Shown here: positions 59,858-64,000 of the stretch, one piece after another
Position numbering within the stretch: the stretch's first letter is position 1
Layout of the letters: each line of letters starts with the position of its first letter
Assembly: GCA_026225415.1 (NCBI GenBank)
Contig: JAMFSS010000006.1
Span: 161,046 to 225,045, forward strand
Length of the DNA: 64,000 nucleotides
Source: Alphaproteobacteria bacterium
GTDB lineage: Bacteria; Pseudomonadota; Alphaproteobacteria; UBA9219
Direction: 5' to 3'
Position numbers and translations under genes: made by a program
Notes under the pieces: model-generated
Databases searched by the model: none
What the model saw: the letters and a program-made list of their open reading frames with translations, nothing else
Told to the model about the DNA's origin: nothing

Positions 59858-60805
59858 TCAGCTGAATAGGCTCGAAACCGACCGTTCTTGACTAATGCGG
59901 ATGATGGCCTCAGCCATCAAAGGCGCAATGCTGATCTGCTGAATTTTGGCACAGGCCGCAATCGCGGGCGTCGCTTCGATGGAATCCGTGATGATCATTT
60001 TTTCCAAAGCGGATTTCTGGATCCGGTCAACCGCTTCGCCCGACAAAACCCCATGGGAAACATAGGCGGAAACACTCTTGGCTCCAGCTTCCTTCAACGC
60101 GCCTGCGGCATTGCATAAGGTGCCTGCGCTGTCGACAATATCATCCAACATGATGCAATCGCGGCCATCGACATCGCCGATGATATGCATGACTTCGGAT
60201 TCACCGGCTTTTTCGCGGCGTTTATCGATAATCGCCAAACCGGCATCCAGTTTTTTGGCCATCGCGCGGGCGCGCACAACGCCGCCCACATCGGGCGACA
60301 CTATGGTTAATCCTTCCGGCAATTTGCCGTGAACCGATAATGCATCGCGCACATGGCGCACAAAAACAGGCCCCACAAACAGATTATCGACCGGAATATC
60401 GAAGAAACCCTGAATTTGCCCGGCATGTAAATCCAACGTCAAAACGCGGTGCGCACCGGCGGTGGTGATCAAATTGGCGACCAGCTTGGCGGTAATAGGC
60501 GACCGTGAACTTGTTTTACGATCCTGGCGGGCATAACCGTAATAAGGGACAACGACAGTAATGCGGCGTGCCGACGCGCGGCGCAAGGCATCGACCATAA
60601 CCAGCAATTCAATCAATGTATCATTGGCGGGGGCGGATGTCGGCTGGATAATAAAAACATCCTCGCCACGGACATTTTCAAGGATTTCAACGAAAACTTC
60701 CATATCGGCAAAGCGGCGAATGGTGGCGCGGGTCAGCGTGGTGCCCAGACTTTGCGCAATGGCCTCGGCCAGAGGGCGGTTGCTGTTGCCGGCGATAAGC
60801 TTCAT
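59858..60805 (-). CDS. prs: ribose-phosphate pyrophosphokinase
   Basis: [17 protein letters not shown] start. PRPP-binding motif DDIVDSAGT. Confidence 0.9.
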   Translation of the reverse strand: MKLIAGNSNRPLAEAIAQSLGTTLTRATIRRFADMEVFVEILENVRGEDVFIIQPTSAPANDTLIELLVMVDALRRASARRITVVVPYYGYARQDRKTSSRSPITAKLVANLITTAGAHRVLTLDLHAGQIQGFFDIPVDNLFVGPVFVRHVRDALSVHGKLPEGLTIVSPDVGGVVRARAMAKKLDAGLAIIDKRREKAGESEVMHIIGDVDGRDCIMLDDIVDSAGTLCNAAGALKEAGAKSVSAYVSHGVLSGEAVDRIQKSALEKMIITDSIEATPAIAACAKIQQISIAPLMAEAIIRISQERSVSSLFS

Positions 60806-61030
60806 GTCCTGTCCTATAATAGGTGGAATATCCGGCGTGGATATATCAGCGTGGAGGGGAAGTGTAAAGAAGGGCGAGAGAAGAGAGGAAGCAGAGGGAG
60901 GGAAGATGAGCAAGGAGAGAAAAAGGTTAAGAACGATGATAGGAGAGATTCAAGGCAATTTCTCTGGGTTTTCCTCCTCGTTGCTCCTTCTTGCTCTTTC
61001 TACTCCCCCCTTCTTTCTGCTTGACCATAT
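60806..61030. repeat. polypurine/polypyrimidine imperfect inverted repeat upstream of prs
   Basis: A GA-rich tract of about 110 nt followed by a TC-rich tract of about 70 nt (…gatgagcaaggagagaaaaagg… / …cctcctcgttgctccttcttgctctttctactcccccc). Confidence 0.45.
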
Positions 61031-61122
61031 CGATACCGGGGGGTATGAGTCCGGCCTTCGCGCAAAAGCCTTTAAAAGCGTGCGCGGTACACAGTTAACG
61101 ATGACATTTGGGAAATTTTTCT

Positions 61123-61449
61123 ATGGCAAACCATAAATCAGCCGCCAAGCGCGCCCGGCAAACAATCAAGCGCAACGAACTGAACCGTTCACGCCGTTCG
61201 GCTATCCGCACCGTGGTCAAGCAAGCCGAAGCTGCCGCAACCGAAGGCGATGCCAAGGCCGCATTGACAACATTGCGCAAGGCAGAATCCAGCATGGCGC
61301 GCGCGGCATCGCGTGGCACGCTTCATTGGAAAACAGCGGCGCGTAAAACATCGCGTCTGGCCAAGGCTGCCAAAGCAGCCAAAGGCACCGAGGTAAAAAC
61401 GGCACCTGTAAAGGCCGCGCCGAAAGCCAAGGCTGCCAAAAAAGCATAA
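61123..61449 (+). CDS. rpsT: 30S ribosomal protein S20 with Lys/Ala-rich C-terminal extension
   Basis: MANHKSAAKRARQTIKRN. Confidence 0.85.
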   Translation: MANHKSAAKRARQTIKRNELNRSRRSAIRTVVKQAEAAATEGDAKAALTTLRKAESSMARAASRGTLHWKTAARKTSRLAKAAKAAKGTEVKTAPVKAAPKAKAAKKA

Positions 61450-61466
61450 GTAATTTTTGTTTCTTG

Positions 61467-61520
61467 AAAAACGCCGCGTCTTGAAAAAAGATTTTTTTCG
61501 GGACGCGGCGTTTTTTATTT
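61467..61520 (+). terminator. rho-independent terminator after rpsT
   Basis: 10 bp stem acgccgcgtc/gacgcggcgt followed by TTTTTT. Confidence 0.7.
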
Positions 61521-62009
61521 TTACCTTTTTCTTTTCGTTCTCTTTTTCGTTCTCTTTTTTTCTTCTCTGTTTCTCCGCGCAAAAAAGAAAAAACTTTTGT
61601 CCAGAAATTTCTTCGAGTCATAAAATTTTTTTTATGTCATTTTTGTGACGAGCCTGTGGACAAGTCCATCCGATTTGATCTATGGTTTTTTCTCTTCACT
61701 TGTTGTTTCTCTTGTTGTCCATCTCGGATTTTTTGCAGCGAAGCGGATTCAGTCTATGATTATGAAAAATCTTTCCACGAAAAACATCTTCTCCAAGAAG
61801 CTTTTTGCGAAAAATACTTCATCTCACGCTGTTCTTATTCTTTGCCCCGCAACATCGTCTGATTTTCCTCATACGGCCGGTTTCTAAACTGTCTGTCTCT
61901 TCCACGCTTCCGGAAATTTTCCGGAAGCACCGGTAGTCGTTTTGTCTTTTGCCGTTTCGTCTTTTGTTGAGTGCCTGTCTATCGCGTTTGTTCTGTCAAC
62001 GGAGTAGTG

Positions 62010-63476
62010 ATGAAGGTTCAATCAGCCCACGATGTGTCGTCCGACGCCAATCCTGTCAAGGATTTGTCCGATACCGCATGGGAAAATCTCCGTGTTGCCT
62101 TGCGCGACCGTTTCGGCGAAACCGCCTATCGCCGTTGGCTGGAACCGATGACGGGCTCGGTCGCCTGCGACGATGCTGGCAACCCCGCCGTGACTTTGAC
62201 TCTGCCAACGCGCTTTATGCGCGATTGGGTCGAAGCGCATTATGGCGACACTGTCCGTTCATTGTGGGGGCAAATTGCCGGCCAAGGCTCCGCTAAGGAC
62301 AGCGTCACTTTCACCGTCATGTCGCCTTTGACCAAGGCCGCGCAAACCAAAACCGCGATCGACCACGCGGCCACATCGCCCATCGCGCCGCTTGCCGCTA
62401 TGTCGCGTCCGGCGGATATCGCGTCGCCTTCCACATCGGGCTTCAATTGCGATCTGTCGGCCGATCTTGATCCGCGTTTCACTTTTGATAATTTTGTCGT
62501 CGGCAAACCAAACGAACTGGCCTATGCCGCCGCGCGCCGCGTGGCCGATACCGAAAACCCCGCTTTCAATCCACTGTTCCTTTATGGCGGCGTCGGTTTG
62601 GGCAAAACCCATTTGATGCACGCCATTGCCTGGCATATCCGCACCAACTACCCGCATCGCCGCGTTATCTATATGTCGGCGGAAAAATTCATGTATCAAT
62701 TTGTGCGCGCTTTGCGTTTCAAGGATACCGTGGCGTTTAAAGAACAATTCCGTTCGGTCGATGTGTTGATGATCGATGATGTACAATTCATCGGCGGCAA
62801 AGACACGACACAGGAAGAATTTTTCCACACCTTCAACGCGCTGGTCGACCGTAACCGTCAGGTGATTATTTCTGCCGACAAATCACCACAAGATCTCGAC
62901 CGTATGGAAGAACGTCTGCGTTCGCGCCTCGGCTGGGGTCTTGTCGCCGATCTGCATCCTGTTAATTACGAACTGCGTCTGGGCATCTTGCATGCCAAGG
63001 GTGAAAAACTCGGCTGCCCCGTGCCTGACAAAGTCATGGAATTTCTGGCGCATAAAATCGCCTCGAATGTCCGCGAACTCGAAGGCGCGCTCAACCGTAT
63101 CGTCGCCCACGCCCAACTGGTGGGCCGCACGATATCTTTGGAAATGACCCAGGAAGTTTTGGCCGATATGCTGCGCGTCGCAGAACGCCGCATCACCATC
63201 GACGAAATCCAGAAAAAAGTCGCCGAACATTACAATGTCCGCGTCGCCGATATGCACTCCGCCCGCCGTTCACGCGCCGTTGCGCGTCCGCGTCAGGTGG
63301 CGATGTATCTGGCCAAACAACTCACGCCGCGTTCGCTGCCGGAAATCGGCCGTAAATTCGGTGGCCGCGACCACACCACGGTTATTCATGCCGTGAAAAA
63401 GATCGAAGAGCTGTCGGCTTATGACGCAAGCTTCCGCGAAGATGTGGAGCTGCTCCGCCGTCTGCTACAAAACTAA
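62010..63476 (+). CDS. dnaA: chromosomal replication initiator protein DnaA
   Basis: GGAG RBS 6 nt before the ATG. AAA+ Walker A GGVGLGKTHL. C-terminal DNA-binding domain (VIHAV...). Confidence 0.95.
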   Translation: MKVQSAHDVSSDANPVKDLSDTAWENLRVALRDRFGETAYRRWLEPMTGSVACDDAGNPAVTLTLPTRFMRDWVEAHYGDTVRSLWGQIAGQGSAKDSVTFTVMSPLTKAAQTKTAIDHAATSPIAPLAAMSRPADIASPSTSGFNCDLSADLDPRFTFDNFVVGKPNELAYAAARRVADTENPAFNPLFLYGGVGLGKTHLMHAIAWHIRTNYPHRRVIYMSAEKFMYQFVRALRFKDTVAFKEQFRSVDVLMIDDVQFIGGKDTTQEEFFHTFNALVDRNRQVIISADKSPQDLDRMEERLRSRLGWGLVADLHPVNYELRLGILHAKGEKLGCPVPDKVMEFLAHKIASNVRELEGALNRIVAHAQLVGRTISLEMTQEVLADMLRVAERRITIDEIQKKVAEHYNVRVADMHSARRSRAVARPRQVAMYLAKQLTPRSLPEIGRKFGGRDHTTVIHAVKKIEELSAYDASFREDVELLRRLLQN

Positions 63477-63499
63477 ACAAAATCTCGCCTGTTGGCCAT

Positions 63500-63577
63500 A
63501 AATTGCGCTTTTTATAGAAAATAAAACGCGCGTACAGGGAGTACGCTTGTCTTCTATTTCTATAAAAAGCGCAATTT
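63500..63577. repeat. nested palindromic intergenic element, copy 3
   Basis: Perfect 21 bp arms aaattgcgctttttatagaaa / tttctataaaaagcgcaattt around core aacgcgcgtacagggagtacgcttgtctt. The core is homologous to copies 1 and 2. Confidence 0.6.
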
Positions 63578-63630
63578 CTGTCACAACATTCGAAATTTTG
63601 CCGCTCTCTATTTTCGAGAGAAGTGCAGGA

Positions 63631-63993
63631 TTAAAACTTCCCCGCCGCCGCATAAACATACAAACAACCAAAACTGGCCAGCGTCAAAATCAGATAGGTG
63701 ATTTGTGCGCCCAAAAAACGCATGCCGTCTGCCATCGCGCCGTGATTACTGCCAAAGGCATGCATCAACCGCGCCGCAAACAATCCCAACCCCATAAAAT
63801 GCAACACCGATGCGGGCGCGCCGCTGGTTTCGATAAACCCCATCAAGATTATGGTTAACGGCACATAATCGGTAAAGCTGCGCACCAAAGCCTCCGCTCG
63901 GCGCAAATCATCACCGCCGCCTGTGGCATTGCTTGAAACCCGCACCCAGCATTTGACCATATTAAACGAGAGGACGATCAGCAAAAGCCCCAA
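63631..63993 (-). CDS. MAPEG family membrane protein (YecN-like)
   Basis: 120 aa with 3-4 TM helices. GLGLFAARLMHAFG segment. Confidence 0.45.
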   Translation of the reverse strand: MGLLLIVLSFNMVKCWVRVSSNATGGGDDLRRAEALVRSFTDYVPLTIILMGFIETSGAPASVLHFMGLGLFAARLMHAFGSNHGAMADGMRFLGAQITYLILTLASFGCLYVYAAAGKF

Positions 63994-64000
63994 CAGGCCG

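Noticed and set aside
61570-62009. Calling this region oriC
   Set aside because: In alphaproteobacteria oriC is usually not adjacent to dnaA (classically it is near hemE). Only weak DnaA-box-like matches are present. GC skew cannot be assessed from one window.
1-64000. CRISPR arrays, rRNA genes, integrases or transposases
   Set aside because: None found. The repeats present are palindromic or GA/TC elements without regular spacer-repeat periodicity. No DDE or tyrosine-recombinase-like ORF is present even at the tRNA-Leu islet.

Overview
This 64 kb window is an alphaproteobacterial chromosomal segment, as shown by CtrA, DUF1192/DUF2336/DUF465 small proteins, the hemC-hemD-hemY order and rpsT-dnaA adjacency. 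Coding GC is about 55%. Most of it is housekeeping. Genes present include a partial acs, tilS, cpoB, an OMF-MFP-RND efflux operon with a divergent TetR, a glycerophosphodiester phosphodiesterase, tRNA-Leu(GAG), ispB, hemC/D/Y, mrdA-mreD-mreC, gpsA, dnaN, ppa, metK, trmB, bpt, coaE, aroE, rseP, ctrA, mnmE, cybB-yceI, rpsB-tsf, pyrH, frr, uppS, pth, rplY, prs, rpsT and dnaA. Several things stand out. (1) A roughly 1.8 kb AT-rich islet sits immediately 3' of tRNA-Leu and carries a class-II Fic (AMPylator) gene. (2) Two tandem genes encode Ser/Thr/Gly/Gln-rich low-complexity proteins, next to an orphan prepilin peptidase, an atypical pilin-like protein and a CPYCG zinc-finger miniprotein. (3) Six genes form a translationally coupled operon: an atypical OmpR-like regulator, a DUF882/M15 peptidase, PmbA, a penicillin-acylase-family Ntn hydrolase, a GT4 glycosyltransferase and a PIG-L/LmbE deacetylase. 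(4) Three families of intergenic repeats occur: a nested palindromic element in three copies whose arms differ between copies yet stay complementary within each copy, an 85 bp double-hairpin element in two copies (one inside the RND operon), and many polypurine/polypyrimidine (GA-rich then TC-rich) imperfect inverted repeats between genes. (5) A membrane-anchored pseudokinase-like protein lies next to acs. (6) Several small AT-rich islets encode secreted hypothetical proteins. (7) The usual pyrH-frr-uppS-cdsA-rseP synteny is broken by an opposite-strand hypothetical gene and a stand-alone receiver protein. No CRISPR array, rRNA, integrase or transposase was found.
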